DNA of 64,000 nucleotides from a virus (Duplodnaviria; Caudoviricetes): IMG/VR virus record IMGVR_UViG_3300023047_000002; one strand, 5' to 3'. Shown piece by piece: positions 10,456 to 20,134 of this stretch (position 1 is its first letter; each line of letters starts with the position of its first letter). The notes under the pieces were generated by a model. It saw only the letters and a program-made list of their open reading frames with translations, ran no database searches and was not told where the DNA came from. The position numbers and the translations under genes were made by a program.

Positions 10456-11197
10456 ACTCTGTAACCGGATAGGCAACTTCGTAATCCTCATCCAAATACG
10501 ACACATTGCACACTCGTGTTTTGGCTTCATTATTCAGCGAAGTCAGCTTATGATTACCTGTATGGATGTGTCCACACATAAGCAATTTCGCATTAGAACC
10601 ATACACGGCATCCCTCAATTCATCGGAACCCAAACGCTTACTTGGAGTACTCTGTTTCCAGTATGTATTCCCAAGACCGTTACATGATGGTGGTTGGTGC
10701 GTCAACACAACATCTGCATTGGAAGGAATATCGTAACTCGGGTGATTCGTTTCAAAAGCCCATCGCTTTACAGAACGGTTTATCTGCTTCGTTACTGGAC
10801 TACCCCAGAACGTCACACCATCAAGAGTTACGGAATCTCTATTGAGATAATGAACCTTGCACTCTTGTACGGGAATACCGACAGAGTTGAATACGGTTCT
10901 TGTTAATCCAAGTCGATACTGCGTATTACGAAAGATGTCCTTACCAAGCAAAGACTCCATGATCAGATCGTGATTCCCCGCAATGATGATGACATACTTA
11001 CACGGCAAATGACACAAATCAATAATGAAAGCATCCAACCAACTCTGCATACGAACAAAGTCACCCTGGAAGTCAAGCGGAGACCAATCGCCACAATGAC
11101 AGAAAAAGTCACAAGGAGGTACATCAAACCGGCAACCGTGCGTATCTGATGTTGCACAGAACCTCAAGGTGTCAGTATTGAGAAGGTCTTTTCGCAT
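10439..11197 (-). CDS. Calcineurin-like metallophosphoesterase
   Basis: SDTHG, CGD, GNHD, THQPP and GHIH motifs. Confidence 0.9.
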   Translation of the reverse strand: MRKDLLNTDTLRFCATSDTHGCRFDVPPCDFFCHCGDWSPLDFQGDFVRMQSWLDAFIIDLCHLPCKYVIIIAGNHDLIMESLLGKDIFRNTQYRLGLTRTVFNSVGIPVQECKVHYLNRDSVTLDGVTFWGSPVTKQINRSVKRWAFETNHPSYDIPSNADVVLTHQPPSCNGLGNTYWKQSTPSKRLGSDELRDAVYGSNAKLLMCGHIHTGNHKLTSLNNEAKTRVCNVSYLDEDYEVAYPVTEFNLSL

Positions 11198-11209
11198 CGG
11201 TTAAAGTCC

Positions 11210-11605
11210 TTAATCATTTATGGTAGAATAGTCAGGCATTTCCTGTCTGGACATTGCATACTGAGGATTGTTCTTGTTCCACTCACTACAACAGTCCACA
11301 TATTTAGACCATCCAGGATTAAACCCATGTGCGGCAGCTGACGAACTCAAAAATCTGATAACATCTTTAAGTTGATGTGCATTTAGAGTGGCAGTGTACT
11401 GACCATGATTGAAATACGCTGCTTGCTCAAGCTGTAAGCACCCCTGATGATTCTCATCGATGATAAAATGTAGATGTGGTATTGGACCTTCACCAGAATA
11501 CACTTTTATCGTGATTCCGCCACGAGTGGTTCCCATGTTTGCCATCTCGTTTACGGAATGTTTATACAAAGAATCTTCAAGATAGCGTCGCTTGCGTATA
11601 AGCAT
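11210..11605 (-). CDS. Hypothetical protein with PHxH motif and basic leader
   Basis: MLIRKRRYLEDS...VNEMA...EGPIPHLHF; AGGAG RBS. Confidence 0.65.
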   Translation of the reverse strand: MLIRKRRYLEDSLYKHSVNEMANMGTTRGGITIKVYSGEGPIPHLHFIIDENHQGCLQLEQAAYFNHGQYTATLNAHQLKDVIRFLSSSAAAHGFNPGWSKYVDCCSEWNKNNPQYAMSRQEMPDYSTIND

Positions 11606-11679
11606 AGTTTATCTCCTTAAAAAGGACACTCCGTTTCAGACCTGTTAGAGGTCTTACGACTTTGCGTACACCATGCTAA

Positions 11680-12096
11680 TCAGATGTCGAATGCAACGTA
11701 GTTTTCTTTCGTGTATGGAATGTCGTTCTTAAACATGTCATAGTCGAAATACCAACGGTTGTCATTATCCCATTTCTCGTAACGGATATAGGGACAGCAA
11801 TCTTTAAAGGCTTTGCGACGAACACCCGCAAGTATCTGATTAAAACTACGCTTGTTCGCATAAGCATATTTGACATCAGAGGATTCCCAGTCATCAGAGT
11901 ACTTATCTTGGTTAATGAAGCACAGACAGCATTTTCCAGACGGAAACGGTCTGCATGAATATGCGTCCATTTTCCCATGATATTCCGACGCACAGTTAAA
12001 GGTTGCCAATGATGCAAGTGCCTTTATCTGCTTATCCGTGTACCCGTCATTTTTAAGTGTCTCGTATGTGCTTTTCTTCATAATCAGATTCGACAT
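11680..12096 (-). CDS. Hypothetical protein
   Basis: GGAGGAG RBS; has its own TGGTGCTG promoter. Confidence 0.75.
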   Translation of the reverse strand: MSNLIMKKSTYETLKNDGYTDKQIKALASLATFNCASEYHGKMDAYSCRPFPSGKCCLCFINQDKYSDDWESSDVKYAYANKRSFNQILAGVRRKAFKDCCPYIRYEKWDNDNRWYFDYDMFKNDIPYTKENYVAFDI

Positions 12097-12164
12097 TGTT
12101 CAACTCCTCCAAACAAGACCGTTAGCTTAGAGGGACCTAACCATTACCCCTCTTAACAAGAATA

Positions 12165-12204
12165 CGTATAGCACAGGTTTTGTAGAAGTGTCGAAGCAGC
12201 ACCA
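12165..12204 (-). promoter_or_regulatory. TGGTGCTG-N26-extended -10 promoter
   Basis: Box at 12197-12204, 26 nt spacer, TGTGC-TATACG. Confidence 0.75.
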
Positions 12205-12209
12205 TGACA

Positions 12210-12257
12210 CTAAAATCAACTACCCACCAGCTAAAGCGAGTGGGTAGTTGATTTTAG
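12210..12257. repeat. 18 bp perfect inverted repeat built on the IS605-end hairpin (possible terminator)
   Basis: CTAAAATCAACTACCCAC-cagctaaagcga-GTGGGTAGTTGATTTTAG. Confidence 0.7.
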
Positions 12258-12449
12258 TAAAAACAAGAAGGCGTCCGTATTATGGACACTTTATCATTTA
12301 AATCGAAACGGTTGTTCGCTTTAGACGTTTTCCAAGGAAATAACCTTTGAATCTCGGTACTTAGCCCCACAAACTGGTTTTGTCTATCTTCCTTTCGTAC
12401 CTCTTGCAATACGAACTTCTCGGTTGATTTCTTTTCATAACACACACCT

Positions 12450-14834
12450 CTAGGAAAAATGATAACGTGTAACGGCGAGTGGGAATTCTTCAATCTCGCT
12501 TACCCAAAGCACTGATTCTTTTGACAAAGTGGCCTCTGTCCAACACAAAGGAAATCCACCAATTCCGTCAAACAAACTTGCCATTGTTGTAGTATCTCCG
12601 TCTTTCTTTAAATGGTTTACAATATTATTGCACAACCATTTCCAGAAAGGCAAAGCAATTGAGTTGCCTAACGCTTTGTACTTAGGTGCGTCTGCTTCCT
12701 TGTGCTTCTTACCTTTCGTATCAACCCAATCACCAATATCGATCCATCCATTCGGATAACCCTGCAATCGTGTACACTCAAGGGGCGTTAAACGTCGAAC
12801 ACGATACTGGACAGGCTGTGCTACTGCATGAGGACCACGAGCAACCATTGACGGGATGGTTTCAGTCTCTTCAATCTTAATGTCGAACTGTGCATTCTTA
12901 CCTTGATTAAAAGCTGCACGATCTACAACAACAGGATGACGTTCAGTAGATGACTCTGTTTCGCCATACGAAACACAACACCCTGAATTACTGACCGGTT
13001 CCATAATAGCAGTACCCCCCTGGTTATTCGGTACACATCCATTCGTGGTTATCGTCCCAGACTGTTCCGTTTCGTAACACCCGCTGTTAGGATTGGAACT
13101 TTTCATACTGTTACTATTCACACCGACCAACTGATAAGCACAAGGCTCTAGAATAGTCATTGGGTCGTGCATACAATTTAACGTCTGTGAAACCTCTTCA
13201 GTGTAATGATTTGTACTCTCCGCCTGACCATTTCCAATGCAGATACACGGATAAGACGGGTCTGGGTTTCTTTCTTCTGTCGGAAGAGACAGTGCAACGT
13301 CATCGGAACTCTGTTTCACGAATACATACTCTTTTGTTGTGGTCTTCAAAGCATGAGACATTTCACTCATAACTGATACGCCGGATTCATGTGCATCACC
13401 ATTAATTGAATAAGTCTCTTCTGTAACCATCGGAACATAACCGCCACCTAAACCCATGGATTCCGGTAAAGTAGAGCACACGCCATTATTAGTAACAGTA
13501 GCATGATTCTGATTGCTTTCTAAAAGATAAGGCTCTACATTACATATATTCGGAACCTGACCTGTAGTAAGCGTTGGTGAGATTCCGTCATGACGAACAC
13601 CACAACCTGTACCTTTTATAGAAGCAATGCCGTGTGAAACAGCACTAGAGTCTAATGTGTAAGGTTCTGAAGACACAACGACATTCGTATAATCCATTAT
13701 TCTGTTGTCATGGTCTCCTGTAAGGGTTGCACTAAGTCGTCCATTTCCGTTTCCACGAGCGTCCCAGATTCTATCTGATTCTTCAGGGCTTCCAGTAGAG
13801 GTTTCGGCAGCTCCTTCCCCATGCGAGTTGCACGTGTCAAAATCCCGTTGCACGCTCTGCTGCTCAAATAATACTTCTGGGGCGGACATTCCTCCAAAAT
13901 CGCAGACAAGCGCGATTCGACGACGGCGTTGGGCGACTCCCCAATATTGTGCGTCATGTACTCTCCAAGCAATGCTCCATCTTCCCATGTCATCATAGAG
14001 GATTCCGGACTTTGGCCACTTTCCGTCTTTAGGCATAGGCACATCAGGGATTTCCGTTTCTCTTCCATCGCTGTCTTCTTCTTCAATGTTCTTTTCGCCA
14101 TCTTTCATTCCTTTGTTGAGGTTTATCTTACCCAAGAGAGCTGTATGCACACACTCATTTAAAACACACTGAAAGTCCTTTCCTTTGTTGCAGTTGAGCA
14201 ACCCAGTTACGTTCTCAAGAACCATATATCGTGGTTTCATAAAGTCCGTAGCCTGACGCATTTCTTTTATGACACGCATCTGTTCAAGGAAGAGACGTGA
14301 CTCGCTCCCTTCAAGACCCTTTCGGTTTCCGGCCACAGACAGGTTCTGACAATTGTGAACAACGATGTTTTCAGCAACATAGCTGTTATCCTCATCAACC
14401 TCAAGGTTATACACGGTACATGTTGTGTGAATATCTTTAACAGACTTCACTTCAATCCACACGAACTCATTATGACGTGAACCGTCCACGTATGCCCAAC
14501 GCATACCAAACATGTCCATTGCAGGTGTCCACAAGGTATCATTGCCATCAAGGTATTTCGAGTAAAACGGATGTCCCGCAGTGCAAATGATGTCATGCAT
14601 TCCGTCCGTAAGTTTTACAAGGGATGCTTTACGTGTTCCGGTAGATAGTACCCTTCTGTACCGTTGTCTGTGTGTATAAACAAAATCACCGACAAGGACA
14701 TCCTCGATAGGTTTTTGTCCGACGTCGGTCATTATCATCGTGCCGCCAGGGAAACATGGACTTCCTCCAATAACACAGTCCACAGCCTCAACATTCCCAC
14801 CGTTGATAAGACAAATGTCTCCGTAATTTTTCAT
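12450..14834 (-). CDS. Circularly permuted C5-cytosine DNA methyltransferase with mini-intein and long variable region
   Basis: GGSP|CQNLS, ENV, QRRRR, RRLTPLECTRLQGYP and YKALGNS; motif I SLFDGIGGF and motif II SEIE lie at the C-terminus. Confidence 0.9.
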   Translation of the reverse strand: MKNYGDICLINGGNVEAVDCVIGGSPCFPGGTMIMTDVGQKPIEDVLVGDFVYTHRQRYRRVLSTGTRKASLVKLTDGMHDIICTAGHPFYSKYLDGNDTLWTPAMDMFGMRWAYVDGSRHNEFVWIEVKSVKDIHTTCTVYNLEVDEDNSYVAENIVVHNCQNLSVAGNRKGLEGSESRLFLEQMRVIKEMRQATDFMKPRYMVLENVTGLLNCNKGKDFQCVLNECVHTALLGKINLNKGMKDGEKNIEEEDSDGRETEIPDVPMPKDGKWPKSGILYDDMGRWSIAWRVHDAQYWGVAQRRRRIALVCDFGGMSAPEVLFEQQSVQRDFDTCNSHGEGAAETSTGSPEESDRIWDARGNGNGRLSATLTGDHDNRIMDYTNVVVSSEPYTLDSSAVSHGIASIKGTGCGVRHDGISPTLTTGQVPNICNVEPYLLESNQNHATVTNNGVCSTLPESMGLGGGYVPMVTEETYSINGDAHESGVSVMSEMSHALKTTTKEYVFVKQSSDDVALSLPTEERNPDPSYPCICIGNGQAESTNHYTEEVSQTLNCMHDPMTILEPCAYQLVGVNSNSMKSSNPNSGCYETEQSGTITTNGCVPNNQGGTAIMEPVSNSGCCVSYGETESSTERHPVVVDRAAFNQGKNAQFDIKIEETETIPSMVARGPHAVAQPVQYRVRRLTPLECTRLQGYPNGWIDIGDWVDTKGKKHKEADAPKYKALGNSIALPFWKWLCNNIVNHLKKDGDTTTMASLFDGIGGFPLCWTEATLSKESVLWVSEIEEFPLAVTRYHFS
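14352..14756 (-). mobile_element. Mini-intein (135 aa, no homing endonuclease)
   Basis: Starts CFPGGT, block B CTAGHPF, ends VYNLEV...VVHN followed by the +1 Cys. Confidence 0.9.
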
Positions 14835-14889
14835 TTTTGCCCCAAATTATTACAAGTTACGACCAAGAAGAAATATCGTAGGTTTGACG

Positions 14890-14929
14890 GGTATACCACA
14901 AGAAGTAAAATGAAACTGGTACAGCACCA
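14890..14929 (-). promoter_or_regulatory. TGGTGCTG-N26-extended -10 promoter
   Basis: Box at 14922-14929, 26 nt spacer, TGTGG-TATACC; upstream of the methyltransferase. Confidence 0.75.
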
Positions 14930-15757
14930 TCAATGTCTCCATGTCACATTGATATCCTGGTCCATACCCACGGACACTTCTGCGTACTCCCACGTGTTCG
15001 TGTACTTAACAGATTCAGGAATCACGTACCCGACAATAACATCCATAAATCCGCTTCTCAAACGGTTTATAATTGCGTAGTCCTGCTTTTTTAAAAAGGC
15101 AGTCTCTTTAAGAGCCGCTTTCACACCTGCCTGACTCATTGCAAAGACTTCAAAGTCATGGACATTATTTTCAACAGCAGGGTATTCCATACACTGTGCC
15201 AACGTGCGCTCACCATAGAGAAGCGAGTAAAAACGATAAGCCATACCTGTCGTTTTGGTAGAAGCACCGTCATCACCGTCAGCTTCATAACGTTTTCCGC
15301 GTGACAATCTACGCTGAATAATATGCTCATATCTGGTTCGTCGCCTGGAAGCACAACAAACGGACTCCGAGTACACAGGACCACTCATACGAGTCCTTAC
15401 AAACTCCAACAAGTCTTCATACGACTTGTTACCAGATGCTATAAGATAAAATATGTCCGCAAGCTCAGATGTAGAGCAATTAAGAGAGATTCCATTTAGT
15501 TGCAAAACTGATAACAAGACTAAACAACCTACACGTTTATTTCCATCAATAAACCCACGATTCTTGACGAGACCGTATCCTAGTCTTGAAGCCTTTTCTT
15601 CAGCATTTACGTAAAATTCGACCTCTCCGAAACCCTGAAATGCAGCGTTGTATGCACTTTCAACCAAACCACGGTCACGAATACCGTCATCACCGCCAGT
15701 ACTAGCAATGATGGAATCGTGGTAACGATAAACATCTTCAAGTCGGATGATCTTCAT
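14930..15757 (-). CDS. doc: Doc/Fic-family protein with His-to-Arg motif change and C-terminal extension
   Basis: GGDDGIRDRGLVESA, EEKASRL, NRGFIDGNKR (canonical HxFxDGNKR). Confidence 0.8.
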   Translation of the reverse strand: MKIIRLEDVYRYHDSIIASTGGDDGIRDRGLVESAYNAAFQGFGEVEFYVNAEEKASRLGYGLVKNRGFIDGNKRVGCLVLLSVLQLNGISLNCSTSELADIFYLIASGNKSYEDLLEFVRTRMSGPVYSESVCCASRRRTRYEHIIQRRLSRGKRYEADGDDGASTKTTGMAYRFYSLLYGERTLAQCMEYPAVENNVHDFEVFAMSQAGVKAALKETAFLKKQDYAIINRLRSGFMDVIVGYVIPESVKYTNTWEYAEVSVGMDQDINVTWRH

Positions 15758-15960
15758 TCAGCAAGTCTCCTAAAGGTATCAGAATATTTTTTAAGAAGAA
15801 ATGAAATTGATTCGTCGATCTCAGACTGACTCGCATAAGTTAAAATAGACTCTTTAACACGTTCGCGAGAAGCGCATTTTTCATTGCTTCGTTGTCTCAC
15901 ATACCGGCTGTAGCGGTTAGCTTTACGCTTTAGGAATGCCATATACAAACTCCGATCCAT
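15754..15960 (-). CDS. Putative Doc antitoxin
   Basis: ATGA overlap with doc; C-terminal helix LLKKYSDTFRRLAE resembles Doc-neutralising tails. Confidence 0.6.
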   Translation of the reverse strand: MDRSLYMAFLKRKANRYSRYVRQRSNEKCASRERVKESILTYASQSEIDESISFLLKKYSDTFRRLAE

Positions 15961-16074
15961 TTTTATTCACCATTGGTAACAATGGCTACTATTAAATCAC
16001 ACCAAACAAGGTGTGGAGGGATCTCTCAGCGCAAGAAACATCTGCTTTAACAAAATGTTTCTTGCTCCTTCAAC

Positions 16075-16113
16075 ACTGTAACACAAAAACACATCGTTCC
16101 GTAAACAGCACCA
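16075..16113 (-). promoter_or_regulatory. TGGTGCTG-N25-extended -10 promoter
   Basis: Box at 16106-16113, TGTGT-TACAGT; upstream of the TA pair. Confidence 0.65.
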
Positions 16114-16127
16114 CGATTCACCGCAAG

Positions 16128-16754
16128 TCACTTCAACTCCTCGGCTAACGTCTTCTGCTGTTTAGCCAAAAGATGCTTGACCCGAGTTGCCATCTTTTTA
16201 TCTGTTTTATCAGGAACAACAGGAACATCCAAAGTGTGTTCTGCCAACTGTCCAAGACAAATAACCGTTCTGACGGGTACATAAGAGGGGCACTGGGTGA
16301 CACCTGCACTGCACATGTCCTCACACACATACAATGGAATATCGCAAAGAATCTCCTGCATATAAGATTCAGCAATCCCAGACAAGCTCTCAAGAAACAT
16401 CTCAACAGAATTTACATCTGAAATATTGTCACATGACGCAATAAAAGCATCCTCATAACACGGAACATCATCACACGAATAAAGAATGTCTGCATCAAAG
16501 ACATGAACCGTGTTCTCAAAACGGAAAACAACAGACAGTGAGAATAAAGTAAATCCAGTGTCAACCATGACAAGATCAATAACGTAAGTTAAAGGATCTT
16601 CTGAATAAAGGTAAAGATTGAGGTCAACGCTAAACGGAATCAAAGAAGGAATGCCGAGTACCGTATCACAAATGATCTGAAGCATCGGATGTTCACCAAA
16701 GTCTTGGTAATTATCTGACGCCTCACATAGTACTTTGCGTTTATGTCTTGTCAT
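16128..16754 (-). CDS. Hypothetical acidic protein, leader MTRHKRKVLCEA
   Basis: ORF track. Confidence 0.65.
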   Translation of the reverse strand: MTRHKRKVLCEASDNYQDFGEHPMLQIICDTVLGIPSLIPFSVDLNLYLYSEDPLTYVIDLVMVDTGFTLFSLSVVFRFENTVHVFDADILYSCDDVPCYEDAFIASCDNISDVNSVEMFLESLSGIAESYMQEILCDIPLYVCEDMCSAGVTQCPSYVPVRTVICLGQLAEHTLDVPVVPDKTDKKMATRVKHLLAKQQKTLAEELK

Positions 16755-16795
16755 GGATGTCACCACTGTGTAAAATTTGAGTGATAAGAAAAGAC

Positions 16796-17098
16796 TTAGT
16801 TCTGCTCACCGCTTTCTTTGTCATCGGCTTCTTCGGAAGCGTCAGGAGTAGCGGATTCGTTATCCTCAGCCTTTGGTTCGCCCTCAGACGTAGCTTCCTG
16901 CTTGTCGTCAGTCTCACCAGAATCTTCAGAAGGTTTCGCCTCTTCACTTTTACCAGGCTGTGACTTTGAAGCAATAAGTTTTTTAACCATAGCACGCAAA
17001 ACACCAAACAAGCAAAGAGCAAGAAGAGTACCAATAAGACTTGCAAAAACAGTAACAACAAAAGGATTGTTACCGGTAATGATAGTTAGATCGTTCAT
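16796..17098 (-). CDS. Small membrane-anchored protein with acidic tail
   Basis: One N-terminal hydrophobic helix; AGGAGG RBS. Confidence 0.7.
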   Translation of the reverse strand: MNDLTIITGNNPFVVTVFASLIGTLLALCLFGVLRAMVKKLIASKSQPGKSEEAKPSEDSGETDDKQEATSEGEPKAEDNESATPDASEEADDKESGEQN

Positions 17099-17120
17099 AA
17101 TAACCTCCTAGGAAAAAGAA

Positions 17121-17150
17121 AAACCCCTTGCAAAGGGATGCAAGGGGTTT
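17121..17150 (-). terminator. Intrinsic terminator
   Basis: AAACCCCTTGCA-N6-TGCAAGGGGTTT with an adjacent A-tract, after the 17205 gene end. Confidence 0.75.
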
Positions 17151-17204
17151 GATAAGCCAACCGTAGGTTATAATGAACGATTTACAGACACAGCACAACA
17201 CTGG

Positions 17205-19859
17205 TTACTTATGTGTCTGAATGAACAAACCGTATCCGCGAATAATGATAATGTCAGGCTTGTACATGTCCTCAGTCTGTACCCAAGAATTAAGAATCTC
17301 AGTCATATTTACAGAACAACCACGAGAATCATGACTATCCATGTACAACGGAACAATGCAGCTCAAATGCTTGAACTGCTCGCATGGTATCTGGTTTACA
17401 CCTGTAACACCTTGTATATCCATAGACACATGATTGAAAGTAAGATTTGAAAGGTTATCAGCAAGACGAACAACCAGTGTTTCAACATTCCTTACGCCAA
17501 ACACCGCTTCATCGCCCCATTGAGACACACCTTCACCGTGTTCCAAACCATCTGTATCGCCAAACAACTCAGGAATGAATCCGTCAGACGAACTTAAACT
17601 GTCTAGTCTCCATGTAGAAACACCTTCAGACATCTCTGCATGTGCCGCAACAATAACGGTAAATAATGGTGCACCACCGAGAACTCCAGAGTCTCCGATG
17701 AACGCAAACGTACTTGCATTATCTCCATCCATTCTAGACAATGCAATCTTTTGATGTCCACCGTTCGTCTCTGGTCTAAGGTGAATCCTATATCCACCTT
17801 CATTGCTTCTAAATGTTATACCGTCAGACGACACCGCTACACTGTGCATCAATCCACGAACGCCGTAAATTGATTTCCATGCATTGTCAGCTGCAATGTA
17901 AGCCTTACGTGCATTTTCAATCTGAGCTTCATAGATACCGAGAAGAACACCTTCCAACGTGTCAACATTGGCATTTAAAAGACCATTCTCTTCTGTTACC
18001 AACGCAGAATACTTATCTTTCAACACATCGACATCATTTAAAGAGTACGATTTGCGTATATCACCAGGTAATACAGCGACACGAGGAATTCCAATAACGT
18101 CTTCAACAGCATCGTCAGCACTGAACCCAATCGCATTCGGAAAACTTGTCGCAAATTCACGTGCAAGTTTAAGTCGTTTAGTACGTACTGTAACGTCATT
18201 ATCAGAAGCAGATTCCATAAGAAGGTTAAGTTCTAGCTTTGCACTTTCAAGACTCGTCGTACTGCTATTGATGACACCTAAATTATAAAGATACGATACC
18301 AACCACTCTTGTGAAGAACCATCATCGACTTCATCTGAAGTCAACTCAGATGGGTCATACTCACAGATTAAAGAAACAAACATGGATGCAAGGGCATCCT
18401 GAACATCATTCCGTGATAATGCAAGCTGAGAGTAACCCTGCCATAAACGAAGAGCCTGAAGACGTGAGACAGACTCAATGTCAAACACTGCAACAGAATC
18501 GTCACCAACATCTTCCAAAGTACTCTCATCACGATCTTCACTGATATTGAAAAAGTCTAGAACAGACGGCTGTGAAAGTTTCGTGAGAGACGAATGTGAC
18601 TCAGAGAACAATGCGAATGAAATTCCATCATTTTCTGACAGAACCACTTTGAAAAGACCTACCTCACCGGTCTCCATAAGATATGACACGAAGTGATCTG
18701 CATGACCTTTGGATGCTTTATCAACCAATGGTAATCCGGCGAGAATACCGTACTCAACACCATGTTCTTCATTTTTAAATTCAAACAGTGTGTTTGAATT
18801 TTCAATAACATCATCAGGCGAAATCCAAATCTTTTCGTCATAGACATTCTGCCTGTTTCTTACGGTGACGAACTCTCCGTTATTATAAAAACCGGCAGGA
18901 AGGTTTGCCTGATCAATCAAATGACCTTCACGGTCAAATAACTGCAAATCACTTGTTGCAGCATTGAACATTATTGTTGCAACACCGCCCTTGTCATCTT
19001 TGGAAATGTCCTCAATATCATGAAGAAGAGCTTGTGCATGTTCGTCAGCTTTAATACGTGCATACCCATTAGTAATAAGAAGTTGGAACGTAAGAAACAT
19101 CTGACCCTTGCCGTTATTCTTAATCGTAACTTCTGTGTCAGTAGTTGCTACTGCAAACACAATGGGTTCATCTACAGGAACCTCTGACTCTTCACCATCA
19201 GAACCACCAGAAAGAGGACTTCTAAAATTAATCCCTGATGAATTGAACAGATTACCGAAAGTACCTACGAACTCAATATGCTCACTCAAAGGAACTGTTG
19301 TCGGATCAGCACCATTGGATGAACCTAAAACAAACGAAGACGCATTAACATTATCAACAGACATATTGCTCGTAATGCGTAACGAACCCAATTCGTCAGA
19401 ACCACGTCTTAATGAAACGATAATATCTCCTTGTTCAGACCCTGTATCAGACACAAACTGAACAAAGTAATCGTTTCCTGCGACACCTGCCTGTTTTGCA
19501 CGTACATACAATTCAGGTGTGATTGACACGTGTGCAAAGGAAGGATTCGTAATCTTCGTTCGCATAAGTCGTGCAAGCAATGCAACAGACTTTAATGAAC
19601 GACCATCACCGTTATTATCGTTAAAGGACACAGCGATACGCGTATCATTTAAGTTTGCGTACTTTGTTGGGTATACCTTAAACAGAGTACCCTGTGTCCA
19701 GGAAGACAACTGATGATATTCAAGACGAAAGAGATTCTCGTTGGAAACACGTTCGTCAGAACAAAAAACACCAACAAACGACAAACGAAAATCCATTTGT
19801 GTCTTCATCTGATTAAGAAGAAACAAACCTCGACTTGTAATGACCTGTTGCTCGAACAT
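17205..19859 (-). CDS. Tail fibre-like protein, paralog family A
   Basis: MFEQQVITSRGLFLL N-terminus; DLQLFDREGHLIDQANL, FAFIGDSGVLGGAPLF and HLSCIVP blocks shared with 1-2676 and partly with 55392-57425. Confidence 0.7.
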   Translation of the reverse strand: MFEQQVITSRGLFLLNQMKTQMDFRLSFVGVFCSDERVSNENLFRLEYHQLSSWTQGTLFKVYPTKYANLNDTRIAVSFNDNNGDGRSLKSVALLARLMRTKITNPSFAHVSITPELYVRAKQAGVAGNDYFVQFVSDTGSEQGDIIVSLRRGSDELGSLRITSNMSVDNVNASSFVLGSSNGADPTTVPLSEHIEFVGTFGNLFNSSGINFRSPLSGGSDGEESEVPVDEPIVFAVATTDTEVTIKNNGKGQMFLTFQLLITNGYARIKADEHAQALLHDIEDISKDDKGGVATIMFNAATSDLQLFDREGHLIDQANLPAGFYNNGEFVTVRNRQNVYDEKIWISPDDVIENSNTLFEFKNEEHGVEYGILAGLPLVDKASKGHADHFVSYLMETGEVGLFKVVLSENDGISFALFSESHSSLTKLSQPSVLDFFNISEDRDESTLEDVGDDSVAVFDIESVSRLQALRLWQGYSQLALSRNDVQDALASMFVSLICEYDPSELTSDEVDDGSSQEWLVSYLYNLGVINSSTTSLESAKLELNLLMESASDNDVTVRTKRLKLAREFATSFPNAIGFSADDAVEDVIGIPRVAVLPGDIRKSYSLNDVDVLKDKYSALVTEENGLLNANVDTLEGVLLGIYEAQIENARKAYIAADNAWKSIYGVRGLMHSVAVSSDGITFRSNEGGYRIHLRPETNGGHQKIALSRMDGDNASTFAFIGDSGVLGGAPLFTVIVAAHAEMSEGVSTWRLDSLSSSDGFIPELFGDTDGLEHGEGVSQWGDEAVFGVRNVETLVVRLADNLSNLTFNHVSMDIQGVTGVNQIPCEQFKHLSCIVPLYMDSHDSRGCSVNMTEILNSWVQTEDMYKPDIIIIRGYGLFIQTHK

Positions 19860-20074
19860 AGCATACCTCATACAAAATAAAGTACACGTACCCAACACAT
19901 ATAAGTACCAACCATAACAAACAGACAAGGACAAATATGGCTGATTTATAACTGCTCACATACAAAAATTAATCCTTTTGCTAAAATAACAAAAGAATTA
20001 CGCGAATACCCAAACATGAATCTAGGTAAACACCTAAAGAACGGTAGTAAGATACCTTATTTGATACGGAGCCT

Positions 20075-20112
20075 GCAGGAAGCTCACCGCCTTTAGACGA
20101 TTAGCAGTTCAC
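20075..20112 (+). mobile_element. IS200/IS605 right-end hairpin remnant
   Basis: GCAGGAAGCTCACCGCCTTTAGACGATTAGCAGTTCAC. Confidence 0.65.
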
Positions 20113-20134
20113 AACAGACTCCGTAAAAATGTTA

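Noticed and set aside
12254..12493. 79 aa ORF after the methyltransferase
   Set aside because: Overlaps the MTase C-terminus in another frame, has no RBS and ends inside the palindrome.
17161..17200. TTGTGCTG near TATAAC as a ninth promoter copy
   Set aside because: The box has a mismatch and the spacing is 18 nt rather than 25-27.
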